Shown: positions 37,109-50,576, numbered from the whole stretch's first letter. The stretch: 60,261 bases of DNA, filler included, from Sphacelaria rigidula (GCA_964200075.2; 10 parts of 10 records of this genome joined end to end with filler, not necessarily neighbours in it), one strand, 5' to 3'. The notes: generated by a model from the letters alone, not told the origin. Numbers and translations: made by a program.

Positions 37109-37492
37109 ATAATACATAAAATCCCGTTCATGTGGCGAAAACATTCTATATCCATTCATTCCTGTTCAAAACAACTGTTCTCACTCGTTAGAGCCCCCTG
37201 TTAACATGGAATTTTTCAAATTGCGGGTGTAATTATTTCCAGGATGAGCGAAGCCAAACATCACGGTCGGAGAGTTTATCTGTATTTTTTCCCGAAAACA
37301 TTTGAATACCTGTGAGGGATCCCAAGGCTAATCTTCAAGCGCACACCCACCCGCAACTTGTATCATCCCGTGAAATATGTATATATACATACATTTGCGG
37401 TGGTGTCCTTTGGCGAGCAGAACTAGTCTTTTTTCCCCTTGTTTTAGCGGCATATAAATGATATCGTCGCTTCTTGTCGTTCAAACTGTCAG

Positions 37493-37573
37493 GCGTACAA
37501 AGGCTCCTGGGTGGCAGAGGTGTCCGTGGCATACAACCACCGGGAACTACGGCAATATCTGGCATGCCAAAAG
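37493..37573 (+). CDS. Candidate internal exon, possibly the end of an ankyrin-like repeat
   Basis: tgtcag|GCG...AAG|gtacag, 81 nt, phase 0. Encodes AYKGSWVAEVSVAYNHRELRQYLACQK. Confidence 0.4.
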
Positions 37574-40172
37574 GTACAGCGTGAGGCTCTTCTATTCGTC
37601 TGGTCGGCGCGATATCGCCTTTGGGAACGATATCGATTGGTATTCTCACGGTTGTTTGTGGGTAGGGTGTTGCATTTGGGGGGGGGGGCAGGGGGCGTAC
37701 TCATTTGTTGCTTGCCTTAGTCGTGTGACCATTGACCACGCATCCCTTTTCGGGACGGATCATGACCTTGCCTGCCGTTAGTCATAAGACCGTTGACCTC
37801 GCATCTATACAAAGCCGAGACGGAGCACGATGAGGTTTCGCCAGACCAGGCTCGTATTCAATCACCAAGCGAGAAGCAACGTAATGTGTTCGGAAAGTCG
37901 CATGAGGGGTGAGCTGTATCCTCATAAGGTTGTTCGATCCAAAGCTAATTTTCCATGCATTTGGATGATGGCAGCCTACAATGAATTGGTTCATTGTCTG
38001 GTATCGCAACTTGTAGAGACAGCTACGGTTCACACACTACGTCATGGGCGTCTCACCATACACACACTACATAGTACGGTCATCCCGTTCACGCGGAGTT
38101 GAGGTTCTACACCCCGCACAAAATGGTCAAACCCGACCAGCATCACGGTTACCCCCAAAACTCAAGCAGCGACAACAATAAACGACAATCTGGTTACCTA
38201 GCTCACGCAGTGAGTGGCGTGTTTGACAGCGTCGTTACCAACAGACGCCAACCCTCAAGAGGGACGACCAGCGGTTCGGGGGTGGGAGCGTGATTCGCCG
38301 GTATGAAAGGCCCTGCTGAAATCAAGGTGTTCGCAGAATGATGCTGTAGAACAGCGTTGCGACGAGAAATATTGATATTCGGCCTTCTTTTGTATAATGA
38401 TCTGTTTGAGTCTTTTGGCTGGGACTGTAAGTTGTGGGAGGGGTATTCAACAAAAAGTTTACACCATAAGATGACGTCCAAAACACGTCACGCTCTGTTT
38501 CGTGGTGTAGACTTCGAAGGTCGGGATTAGTCTTCGTCAAGACTACGCTGCCGTTTGGGACGCGGCCAACTCTGTCTAGCGAACCCTGCCTTGTGCCCAA
38601 GGAGATTCGGGCTGGCTGTTGCTTGACATTTGGGTTTGATGCAACAACAAAAATGGTGGCATCAATCTGTGACGACGGGTCGGGAAACACACATCCCATC
38701 CTGTTGTGCAAGTCACTTTTTCATTGTTGCCCTTTTTGCTCGCATCACCACTGAATTATTCAAGAATATAACCCAATTTATCAAGCGCGCTTGTAAAAGT
38801 CTTTGCCTGGAGCCTCCCCCCCTCCCCCGCCCGCCCACAATGCCGGTTGTTTTGAGCACAGCACGGAGATTTCATAGTTAAATCTAAGCCGTACACAGAT
38901 TCCGCACCGCCCAGGCAGTGCCAAGGCATCATTACATTTTTTGTTCTACACAACACGTTAGTGCTATTTCGACATAGTGCGGAATGGCAGGAATATGCGT
39001 AGCACCTACTCTCCCCCATTCGAAAAGTTTAGGCGTGTTTGTGGTTGAAAGTTCAGGCAAGTTCTAAAGCGGTTCAAGTCGCCCAGGCGCGGGTTATTGG
39101 TGAAAATCAGGTCATCTTGATTCCCAAAACATCTGACAACAGGACGGCGGTACTGTTCTGTACTGATCAATTGTACTGTACCGTGAGCTTTCGTCAATCT
39201 ATCGCTGCGTACTGTCTACGATGAGGCTATACTTATACTGAAAGAGCTGCAAGTCGAGCCAAATCTTGCGTCCACGCCAAGCAGGGTAGCAGGATAGGGT
39301 CACGCATGCCACCGAAATGTTACTCTTCTGGGGTGTATGAAGCTCCGAGGTGACAGCTCCCATCCGTCTTGCCGGTGAACAACCCAGTAAGATTGATGCC
39401 GCGGTAGCCCACCCACATATCAATCTCGAAATTGCCATGAAGAAAATATCCATATCACGCTTGAGAGCTCGTTCCAGACTGCATGGCGCTCCTCATGTGG
39501 GCGAAATTGACGAAAACAATCCCAGCGTGGAAGTTCCCAGCTGCTCTGTGTGCTCGAATTTCGTTTTGTTTTGTTCACGGTTAGGACGAATCATCACGGG
39601 TTCGAATCACTAAATTCACGATTTCTTCGATCTGATTGCCCAAAAGGGGCAAAAAAAGTTGACCGCTGGTCTAAGGCGTATCCACGCAACTTTGCGCCAT
39701 TCGACGTGTCTGGGCTGCGTGTACCTGGGTTGCAACGCTGAAAACAAAGCCTAGGGATTGATTCGTACGATTCAAATCAGTCACACCAAAACCAATTAAT
39801 TTCCAGACGAATGGTTGATTTGTCCGACCCTTGTTTTGTGTCACATGTACGTTTTGCCTCCTCAAATCAGCCACATTTCTGGGGGGGCTTTCCCGGCATC
39901 AGTCGTAGGTAGGTCAAGGTGCATGCAATCAGTTGATCTCCTCCCGCTCAACAAGAGTCAAACTGCAGTATATCGCAAACCGCTGAGACGTGTTCACCGG
40001 CAAAGTGAGGCAGAGGCAGTAGGAAGCAGCGGTATGAGATGCACACGATTGTTTGCAGGTCCACAGTGAGGATTTAGGCGGTAAGAAGCTTGGGGAACGA
40101 ACTATGGCGGGAGGTCCCTCCATGCCCATATCTTGTGGTTTCACGTGTTGTCGCGGTGTTCTCGGTGCTTGT

Positions 40173-40209
40173 GATCTGTTGATCTGTTGATCTGTTGATC
40201 TGTTGATCT
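40173..40209. repeat. (GATCTGTT)4.6 minisatellite just upstream of a splice acceptor
   Basis: Direct reading. Confidence 0.85.
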
Positions 40210-40234
40210 TTTGTTCAACTCACGGAACGATCAG

Positions 40235-40426
40235 GCGATGAGGACCCTGGATATTGCAAAGGCTAAGGTGCAAAAATTCAGTCCCGGCACGCCGTATCGC
40301 CCGCCGCGACATTGGTGGAAGAAGTACGAGGGAGGCGTGTCTAGGGAGGGGGCGGAAGGGGTATCGCGAAGCGGGGAAGAACGGGGCGAGGATGGTGCAG
40401 GCGGTGATCCGCGTGAACTAGCGAAG
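40235..40426 (+). CDS. Candidate internal exon of an unidentified gene
   Basis: atcag|GCG...AAG|gtgacg, 192 nt, phase 0, GC/purine-rich. Encodes AMRTLDIAKAKVQKFSPGTPYRPPRHWWKKYEGG...DPRELAK and is phase-compatible with 37493-37573. Confidence 0.5.
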
Positions 40427-43400
40427 GTGACGTTTCTACCACCGGGTGATGTATATTCACGTGGTATTTTTAGAACCCGTTGGCCTATCGAACCTATGTG
40501 ATCTGAGTGGGTAATCACTATCTCGGGGTGTTTGTGAGCTCGCGAGGTTTTCACCCGTCGGGTGCGAGACCATACTTCGGAACAATATTTTGTCGACAGC
40601 TCTGCAGGTGAAGCAATGGGGGACGGGGTTCGCGAGAGACATTTCACGGCAGGCGTTGTGGCAGGACCCTATTTGTACAGTCGTCTTATTATCAAGGAAG
40701 CGGAAGGTGGTGGTATGAATATTTCGTCAATTTTGCCCGATGAACGAACCACAGCGCACGTGCACGACTGAACCGAGTGATGTGTTGATTTTCACGATAG
40801 CAGGATCGTATTTGATCTGTGTTGGTCAGAGCATGCTGGACATAACCCTCTGTTGTCAAACAGCGGTACATTCAACCTGTGCTGTACAGTCAGCATTCTG
40901 TTCTGGGTGCACACAAGCGATAATATCTTGGAGCCCCGAAGGGGAGGGCGCATTCCATTCCGAGCACAACAAAAGATGTTCACATATAAATGATGACGCT
41001 CTCTGTTCTCCGTATGATTAAACGAACAGAACTGTAGACGTCGTTGATAACGGGGGAGATCAGCTCCCGATGACGATCGCTTTAATCTCAATCCATTCTG
41101 AGGCGATGGGGCTAGTAGCACCGAGCCTTCGGTTAGTGAAAATGTCTTGTCAAGATGCGTCCAAGCTCGAGTTCTCGTGGTAGTAGATTGTTCCCTGTCG
41201 GTTAAACGAGGGGGAGTTACAATCATTGGCAATGTGCTTGCCACCCTCCCCGTAACTTACCGTACTGAAGCGGCAAGCCGAACCGGGGTATGAAATAGCT
41301 AGGCACCGGCGAGCTTTCCGCCAGAGATTCACACGAATTTTGCGAAGAGGCTGATGTTTTAATTTGGCACTTGTGCCACACACGTGCCACACCAGTGTCA
41401 GGGGCATGCGACATACGTGCACGTGCACGACCGAACTTGATCTGCGGGTGTTCATATGTTTGTCTTGCACGTTAGTAACACATATTTCATCTCTTCTGGT
41501 TGTTTAATCTGCACTGGACAAGGAATTCTGTTACAGTGAACACACCAAAAGAAATCAAATGGGTAATCCTATGGATAGTAAGAGTAAGCTGTTCCGCCGT
41601 GCGTACGCATGGTTCGGTGTCATAGGGGTGGGAATAGTTGTAAAGTAACGCGATGCCCCCTTTTGAGAAATGTCAATGATATGGTCTGCGCAACGTGAAG
41701 CTCGTGCTTTTGAGACGATACGGAGAGAAGGCAGCTGCTTGTACTGTATGTTGGGGCAGTATGTCACCCGGGCTGATCGCATTGCCATCCTTGACTTTCT
41801 CTGACTCAATGGTCCGCACTGTCAATGGATCACGGTTCCCGGAATATCTGGACGGGATACGTCCGGAGGATATAAACTTCGCTTATACGACCGCCGTAGC
41901 TCACAAGAACCTCAAATTTAAAAGCCTCATCACTCGGGGTGTTGTGTTGCGTATCCCATTGCATGTGGAACGAAGGTTTCTGATAGTTCGCAAGAGGTTA
42001 CATCGGGACAAACGCAATTGAGATATCTTCCACAGGAATGGAAGTATCGATCGCGTCTAGCTGGTTTAGTGGTATATCGCGACCTTTGGGAGGGGGGGGG
42101 GGGGGACTCATTTGTTGTTTGCCTTAGTCGTTTGACCGGTGACCACGCAGCGCTTNNNNNNNNNNNNNNNNNNNNNNNNNNNNNNNNNNNNNNNNNNNNT
42201 TAATTAATTAANNNNNNNNNNNNNNNNNNNNNNNNNNNNNNNNNNNNNNNNNNNNCCCGGTAACCGGTTTTCTGTTTTGGGTTGCCGGTGCCCACCTCTA
42301 GCCACTCCACATGGAACACTTGCGGGCAACTGGCTGCAGGAGGCACATGAAGAATTATCGCAACTTTATGCGCGTTTCGAGCATATTACGCTCGTTTCGA
42401 ACATCTTGAGCTAGTTATACGGTGTGCGGTAGAAAGGTCTAGCGCTTTTATTTATCCTCGAGAACCCCAAATCAAGCTAGACGTTATGCGCGCTTACGGA
42501 ACTAAAGCCCGTAACAATCGTTGACAACAGTACAGTACAGTACAGTGAAGTACAGTGCAGTACAGTTGTGAGCCCCGAAAAAATCTTCATATAATTTAAA
42601 AACAAAACAGTAGGAAGCCACGGCTGACGGTGCACGTGGTAGCAGTGCCGCAAGTATCCCGCGGTCGGTCTGGGGTGCGCGGAGGTGTTGAATAACATGG
42701 AGAAAATCAAATCAATGGTTTGGCGCTAGAACTATAACCTATCGACCCAGTACAGTATAAGATAAGAACTGCGAATCCCAGGGCAACCCGTAACCACTAC
42801 TAAAGAAGACAGCAGGCCTCACAAATAATATTATCTAGTCCAGTCTGCAACCAAGTATTTGTTCAGACACGTATTTGTTGTCCCAACACGTGTAGACTCT
42901 ACTATCTACTATTATACTGGCAGAAACCAACGGCCGGCTACATGGTTATTTTGTGATTTTGAATACTTTAGACACCTGCCAAAGCGCAGCCGATAATCCA
43001 CGCACTGTAACAACTGTAATAGTACCCAGATTAAAATGCCCAGATTGTTTGCTTGTGAAGTGATTTTCCCGGGACTGTCAGGCGCAGCCCTGGGAACACG
43101 CTTTAGACGCCCACTCGTAGGAGCAAGATGCCTCGGTTTCGACGAATCAGCATGGGCTGTGTGCGCCGCCGGCGACAGCCCGTGACAAGAGCAATATGCC
43201 TGGACTCGTGCTCCCCCGCTTGTACGAAGCCGACGATTCATCATTACAGGCTGCGAGGTGGATCGCCCCTTCGGACCAGCTGACGGCCGGGATTACGTCG
43301 AGAGACGGCCTAACTAGCACTTTGATACCGACACATATCATGCACGGTGCGGTGGTGTTGTGCATTGTGAAATCTGGCGAGGCAACAACGCGAGCTCGGG

Positions 43401-43995
43401 CCTTCAACGGCACGCTTTCGCTTCTGCTGCCTCCTTCTCATCATGTATGTGCTTGGCACGGACCCTGGTTCGTTGGGTGAGAAATGGCCACGTGAAGACA
43501 GCTATACATTCAGCGGTTGACTGACGACACACTTTTTTACTGGATGGATGAGCGTCGTGATCACAGGTGAAAGGAGAAGAGACAAGAGACCGAACTTCTT
43601 GAAATACCGACAACACAAGGAGCATTATTTTAACGGCACGTTTTGTCAAACCTTTCCAACTTTTCCCCAAAAATGGTAGTTTTTTCCCGACATGTCGAAA
43701 ACAACGCATGGTCGTTTCTTTCACGGTTGGCATGTGTTTGGGGGAGGGGTTGCATTCGGGGTTGGTATTTGGGGCGGGGCGTAGTTTCCACTTTAAACAG
43801 CCGAGCATCCATTTTGAGGATATGGAGCGTTCCATTCCTTCATCTGCTGGTAGCTGTTATTGACAACTGCCACACGCTGCACAAATTTGAATTTCAATTA
43901 CTGAAATTCGGGGGTCGGATCACGTCAATACCCAACATTTTCTATTTCGCTTATTTAGGAACCGAGTGGAGGAGGAAGTGGATGCATGCACAGAA

Positions 43996-44260
43996 GACAC
44001 TTTCTACGATAGACCCCCCCCCAAAAAGACAAGTGCATCGTTTTGGGGGACAAAATCTTGACGTCAATCGAAATGGGAAAAGCCGAGCACAACGAGCGCC
44101 TTTGGGAATTCCCACGCCTGGGTTCGTTCTAGCCAATGTCGCCAATATGGGGCGCTTCATGCAGCCTGAACCCAAACATGAGGCGCTGGATGGCCATTTA
44201 TTTCGTGACACTTTTGGCCTAGTTTTGTCTTGGGGGGGGAAGACTAAAGTAGAAAGTGCC
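43996..44260. mobile_element. GACAC-TIR MITE (265 bp)
   Basis: Colinear with 57294-57539. Flanks AGAA/ACAA fit a 4-bp TSD with one mismatch. Confidence 0.8.
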
Positions 44261-44435
44261 ACAATTTTCCCCGTGACAAAGCAATAGAGAGCAGAACTCA
44301 TATAGTGGCAGAATGTGAACTATTCAAGGAGGAACGGGACGTGCTAAAGGGGGAAACGAGGGACGTGAACGAAGTTGTCCAAAAATCGTTTCATGCATTG
44401 GACAGTTGGGAGAAAACGATGGCTACACTAGGAGG

Positions 44436-46345
44436 CAGTGTTGACTATCCAACGGGAAAAAAAAGTTCGATATGTATCGACCTCAAGACGTCGATACCGA
44501 TATTTTTTTCGATACGCGGAAAATGACCCGGTACGTATCGATACTCGATACTGATACTCGATACGGTACGATACGGCTGTTTTGGTGGGGACACAGCTTG
44601 AAAAACCTCACGGTACTACACTGACACTAGCAACCTAACCCGGAGTGGGTGCACGCCTGATTGTATGAACGTACAGCAGCACCAGCGTGTGATTTGTGAT
44701 TTGTTATCTGACATCATAGAAGTGGCGGCACAACACGCGGCGTGGTGCTTTGGTTTGACAAAAATGGTTCATCGTGCAAGGAGCAAGTTGCAAAAGACAG
44801 GTAGTTGATCGCAACTCGAGGTGTGATGCATGATAGATAGTGTGTTGTTCAAGCCGGTGATATATCAAACACGGACGGGTGGCCGCTGGGGTGCCTGTAA
44901 CATCAAATTTAGACGTTACATACGTTGTACAACAAGGTCTTTAACGTCCACCTTCGAGGTTGCAGGCACCGCCGTGGCCACCCGTGAAGTATATTCCGCG
45001 GCCACTATTCCGTCATGTTAATATCGAATTTGAGCATTTACCCCGGCTCTGCGCACTGCGCACTGCGAACTGCGCACTGCGAACACACTCATTATTCAAT
45101 AACAAACGCGCCAAACATCAGCCTGGATCCGTTTTTGAGGTTCAACATTTGGGTGAAGTTCAACTCGAAAACAATGCTTTCCCTGACCTAAAGAAATTAT
45201 TAATGAATTTCATATGGGCGACCTCATGCCCCTCGACCTCCTTGAAACTATTTTTGGGGATTGCCCGTCTTCCGTACCCCCGAAGCGTATGTGCGAAAGC
45301 ATCTTTTTGCCCCTCTATCGGGGCGAAAACAGGGGCATTTTCAGCCCGAAAATGGTGCTTTCGCATATAGGCTCTGGGGGCACGGAGCATGGGCAACCCC
45401 CGTGAATAGGTCTGAGGAGGTCGGGGGGCATGAGGTCGTCCATATGAAATTCGTTGGTCATGATTTTAGGTCAGGGAAAGCACTGTTTTCGAGTTTAACC
45501 CCACCCAAATGTTGAACCTCAAAAACGTATCCAGGCTGTTAGAGGTCGAAACTGGGCGACAAATAAATAATGAATGCAAATGGGCGCTCACTTTTTCTGT
45601 TCTCCAGTATCAAACAAGGGATAAGTCGGCAGCATAGGTCCAACTTTTTCATTGTCGGCTACAGAGGGAAGTATACTCTCCAGACGCCTGAAACTTCGCG
45701 GGTAACTCTGCTTGCCCGCTCTCTCCACTCTTGGTTGAGGGCACTGGGTCGGCCACTGGTGGTGCAGTGGCAGGGCGCCGTAGCAGACACAGATGCAAAT
45801 GGTTCGACAGAAAAAACGTCGACCGTGGCAGACACAGATACAGACGGTTCGGCAGAAACGTCGACCGCGGACTCTGCGCTACCGCCTTTCACAAAGCCGA
45901 AAGTTCGAAGGCGGCTCATGTTGCAGACCGGTGTGCTTCGCAGCACGTGGCTGTGTGGTGTGAGGTGTGTGTGGAGTGTGGAGTGTGGGGGTGGCGGGGC
46001 GGTGGGCAGTGGGGTGATGGGCGGTGGGACAATGTGCTGTCTACCCCCTCTCCCCCGGTGAAAAACTAAATATTGTTCGACCATGTTAATATCCGATATC
46101 GATATCGATACCAATTCGTGGTAATGTGTCTGGTAAGGAATAGCAGGGACGGTATTGGAAAGGCGAGCCTACGTCTGTGACCACGGGTTCGCGAGATCGG
46201 ACAAATGTTCGGAAATAATAATAAGAAGAATATAATAATGATAATAATCGACAAATACTAGCTTGGGAAGCGGCGATACCGATATGCCGTATCGACCGAT
46301 ATTATTGAAATCGTATCGAGAATCGATATCCGATTTTTAACACTG
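44436..46345. mobile_element. Non-autonomous hAT-superfamily transposon (1910 bp)
   Basis: Perfect 8-bp TSD CTAGGAGG (44428-44435 and 46346-46353). TIRs are CAGTGTTGACTATC / GATTTTTAACACTG, and subterminal ATCGATA-type repeats are dense at both ends. No transposase ORF. Confidence 0.88.
45119..45538. mobile_element. Palindromic MITE (420 bp) nested in the hAT element
   Basis: CAGCCTGGATCCGTTTTTGAGGTTCAACATTT... / ...AAATGTTGAACCTCAAAAACGTATCCAGGCTG. A related end lies at about 13815-13846 and a partial relative at about 29770-30017. Confidence 0.85.
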
Positions 46346-46619
46346 CTAGGAGGTAGATGGTGGCCACAGACGGCGAAACAGGACAGGTACAAGATATGGC
46401 AAAGGTTTTTGTGTAATGTATGGAAGAAACGTAATGAGCGCCGAAATATTGGAGGTGTCTCTATTAGGAGTAGGAACGATGCTCCGTCTCGAAAGGGGTG
46501 CGTGATCGATGATCAAACGACGGAGGCAACCAACAAAGGAGTACGCCCCACCCCCCTCCCCCCCCCCCATCCCGGATGCAAGAAAATCGGTACGCTTCGA
46601 GTCGAACAATCTTAGCAGG

Positions 46620-47190
46620 CGCTCACCCTTCATGCGACTCGCCGAACACATCACGGCGTTTCGGGCTTGGTGATTGAGCGCAAACCTGGTCCGGCGCAAA
46701 CCGGGCGTTCTCCGTCCCGGCTTTGTAGGGATGCGAGATCAAAGGTCACATGACTATGGCACACAAGATCACAATGACTACACACACAACCCTGCCCCCT
46801 GCTCCGTCTCGAAAGGGATGCGTGGTCTATATGGTCAAACGACTAAGGCGAAAAGCGAATGATTAGCCCCCCCGCCTCCCCCCCTCCTCCTCCCAGAGGG
46901 GGAAATCGGACGTGAACGAAGGTAGCATGAAGTCGTTTGATGCATTAGACAGTAGGGAGAGAACGATGGCTATACTAGGAGATAGACGGTGGCCACAGAA
47001 GGCGAAACAGGACAGGTACAAGATATGTAAAAGGGTTTCGTGTAATGTATGGAAGGAACGTACAGTAGTGGGCGCCGGAATGTTGGAGGTGGCTCTATTA
47101 GGAGTAGGAATTAACGGTGCTCTGTCTCGAAACGGTCGAACGACTAAGGCAAGCAACACATGAGTACGCCCCCCCCCCCCTCCCCCCCCT
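46620..47190 (+). mobile_element. Composite retroposon: two LINE-tail-like units followed by a LINE 3' fragment ending in oligo(C)
   Basis: Homologues at about 9040-9225(+), 35880-36119(-), 37680-37930(-), 42090-42150(-) and 58414-58476(+). Confidence 0.7.
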
Positions 47191-49128
47191 TCGGGGGGGG
47201 GGAAATACGTTGAGACTACTCGTAGAATGTAGTGCAGCTATGCTTGGATACGTTTGCAAGGACACGAGCATCGGCTATTACGGACAACGTACGACAGCAA
47301 CGTGAAACCAAGACAACAGACTCCCACCTCGGGTAAGGATCGAACCCTGTTGTGCCATAGGCACAACTTCCTGGATGAGCCCTCATTCTTGTTGCCACCG
47401 GCGTTGAATCCAAACATTTCTTGCACCTCGGTTTCCTGTTTTGGAAACCTTCTCGGTCATGGATGCAACTTGATCTTTGTCTGTGAGCCGACTCTCACGC
47501 CTATACTGAGGTTCGCAAACGCAGTCATTGGAAGAAACTCGAAATATTTTTGAGTAATCAACCCTTTCACCGCGAGGGTAGGTCATCTCTTGAATCGGCA
47601 TCCCCTTCAAGAGAAAAATCAAGGCATGGCCCAGGTGGCGGCCAGGGGGTTAGGGAACTCGAGCAAACGTACAGAAAAAATCCTACTATTGATAGAGTGG
47701 AACCAGCAAAGAAATGGGCAAGGAACGAGGTCAGAAATCAACACGGGTACAGCAAGCAATCTGTACAGTGGATAACCGCGCATGTCTAGTCAACAACTTG
47801 TCTAGCGGGCGTACTACGTAGGCGATCATACCGTCCTTGCGTTGCTGTCTGTCGTAGGAGAGAGCTGTCACCAGCTTACGGCCTACTGCTCGAGGAGGAT
47901 ACATAGCGCAATATATCACTATGCACCCTTCTTTACGTATCTTTGCTGAACCTCCGCTACTACTACGGATCATCCTCGTTGATCCAAAGGGTCGAAAAGT
48001 ACATCGTACAAACCATGCTGTTTGTCCGCAGGGCACTGTTTAATTGCTGAGTATAACGTAGTTTTCCCTTGGACGGAAACGGGTATAAGGAGCATATGCA
48101 GAGAGGGGTGGGGGGGGGGGGGGGGGAAACGGAACCGGGAAGACGGCGGAATAATGACAAGCACCCCCCCCAACCCCCCAACCGCACGCGGNNNNNNNNN
48201 NNNNNNNNNNNNNNNNNNNNNNNNNNNNNNNNNNNTTAATTAATTAANNNNNNNNNNNNNNNNNNNNNNNNNNNNNNNNNNNNNNNNNNNNCACGCTTTC
48301 CACGGTGGAAATAATACATTACGAAGAAAAAAACCCAGTGCATCGGGAATCAAACCCCCGTTCAATAAGCTTCAACAGCACAATTGGTTATTGTTGAAGT
48401 AGTAGTCGTGATCGCGCAAACAGCACGTAGTTCATTCAAGTGGCCAACACACACGCAACTGTTCGTTGCGAAACAGCTCAAGCACGTGGACATTGTGGTG
48501 CAGGCACTCCTTTTAAAATGTTGCCACACACCCATACTTTACTCGTCTGTTCATTTATGAGGTCCTCGCTGTACCTACACGGTGATGACTATGGTGTCTA
48601 CTACCACCAGGTGAGGAGTGTTCAGGATCCGATCAACCATTACCCGAGACGATGGTACTTGAGGGGGCGAGGGAGGTGAGGGTGGGGGGATATACTGCTG
48701 TGGATACCTGTGAGGAGCCAAAAATGATGAAAAGATCATGACCCAGACGTGTTGGTGCTCAACGAGCGGCGATGCACTGCGTACGGGGGGTATACACCGT
48801 GTTTTACGGTACTACAGTAGGGTACGGTTCCACCTACGACGACCATTTATTTTTGGTGAGAGCGAGGGGGTGGTGGGCATCGCGGCAGCACACTTGCGCC
48901 AGGGACAGCCAGCTGAGTTGAAGTAACCCAACACAACCCGTCGCCAATGCATGTCCCCTTTCAATGCGAGCAGACAGGGCTATCTCACACCCGTGATATA
49001 CTCCGAAGGCACGGAGACGAGTCTCACAAGCTCCTAACATTTATTTGTCACTGGAGTACTGATGCGTTGCATATCGGGGGAACGGTGGCATCCTTTGCTG
49101 CTATCTTTTTTTCAAATATATTCGTCAG

Positions 49129-49209
49129 GCGTGGTTTGGTGCGGCTCCGGTACCGACTGCGGACTTGGTGTGCAGGCTGTGCGGACGGAGGCTTTCTCTG
49201 ATCACCCAA
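49129..49209 (+). CDS. PDCD2L: PDCD2-like / TSR4 (uS5 chaperone family), internal exon
   Basis: cgtcag|GCG...CAA|gtgagt, 81 nt. AWFGAAPVPTADLVCRLCGRRLSLITQ matches CxxCGxPLxLxxQ of the TSR4/PDCD2L N-terminal domain. Confidence 0.85.
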
Positions 49210-49689
49210 GTGAGTATTGCCACCTGTCGTGCGGTAACCGCGACATGTAACTTTCACGCACTGCAACGTTGCACTCCAGCCTCATACCATGTTCCAGCCG
49301 GATTTCTCAGAGTTGGCCATCAATTTAGCACATGAAGAGAGATGTACGTACGTATGGATTGCTTTTCGCACAGCGCTCTCTTTGCTCATGCTTTTTCTAT
49401 CCTCGGGCCAGCAACCTGAGCGAATCCAGTTGCTGTGATGATGAAAGGCAATGAGTGGAGTCGTATGCCGACGATGTTCTTCAGCCCGAGACTGAAATGC
49501 CCCACCCTTCACCTCCGGCCCGCCGTGAAGGTGGGTTCTGTAGTCCACCGTATACGCAGCAGACAGCGGTAACCAGCATTCCTTCGCTGTGCCAGGACGC
49601 GCTCGAGGTCCTCTTCTTTCCATGCTTTCTACCGATTTTCAATGCTCTTTTGCCACTTCGTCTACCGACCGACCATCCACCCCAAGCAG

Positions 49690-50576
49690 GTGTACGCCCC
49701 GACGCAAATCCCTAGGAGTTTGTGCGTGTTCGGCTGCAATCGCGCCGCATGCTCAACGACTCCCGAGGGCTGGCGAGTCATCAGGACCCAAAACCAGCGA
49801 AATCAGCATTCCCTCGACCCCCCTCCTTCCACAAGCAAACAGCCAGACTCGCCCAAAGAATCCCCTACCTCCATATCGAGCAATCCAACCGCCGCGTCAA
49901 CGAGTACCGTCACGGCTCCAGCGCTGTCGGCGCCGAACCGGCCGGAAGATTCGGTACATGCTGCATGGGGAGCTGAAGAAATTTCATGGGATGGAGGGGG
50001 AGCTGAGGACGACTGGGGCGCGGACGCGGACCACATCGGTGATTGGGGAGCACCCAGTGTTGCCGCCGGAGGGGTGGGCATGGTAGGTGGAGAGCCTGGT
50101 AGTGTAGGGGGAGGGACTCTGGCCACTGCGGCGATCGATGCCTTGTTGACGGAGCAGGAGACGCGATCAAAGCAACACGTTGTCAACTGTGGTGCTGTCA
50201 ACGGTCGCTGTTCGGATAGTGGACGAGACAAAAATGCCACGGCGACAGCGCCGATAGCGGATGGTGATACCACTGCGTCAAGGAAGACCAACGGGCTGCT
50301 AGTGACGTCCGGAGGCGAAGGAGGCAATGGTGGGGTGGCGGGAGGTTGCTATGTTTTCCCGCCTAGGGCCGTGAACTTCCTGCCTGAGCCGTGGGACGTT
50401 AAAAGCTCTAGAGCTGCCAATGAAGACATGGAGACACGTATTCAAAAATATCGGGAGCAAGAAGAAGATCGGGCTCTCGTTGCAGCGCTTGATCAAGCAC
50501 TGGGGGTCGGTAGCAAGGGGGTGGGGAACAAGTCAGGTGCGAACGGCGATGCTGAACGGTCGCGTGTTGGGGACGG
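49690..50576 (+). CDS. PDCD2L: PDCD2L/TSR4 large internal exon
   Basis: aagcag|GTG acceptor. VYAP..RSLCVFGC...C...GWRVIRTQ matches the family motif, followed by a DDWG-containing low-complexity linker and FPP....FLPEP. The probable donor GG|gtgaat is phase 2, matching the next exon. Confidence 0.85.

Larger units (their letters stand above)
43962..46570 (+). mobile_element. 5'-truncated LINE 3' end (ORF2 C-terminal cysteine-rich region plus tail), split by two insertions
   Basis: EEEVDA | (MITE) | ESRTHIVAECELFKEERDVLKGETRDVNE...EKTMATLG | (hAT) | RWWPQTAKQ...CNVWKKRNER..., ending GAGTACGCCC plus oligo(C). The undisrupted junction is seen at 46960-47010. Confidence 0.8.

Noticed and set aside
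43081..43400. GC-rich exon-like block after a tcag acceptor, possibly with a Sec UGA
   Set aside because: All three plus frames contain stops, and there is no recognisable homology or SECIS evidence.
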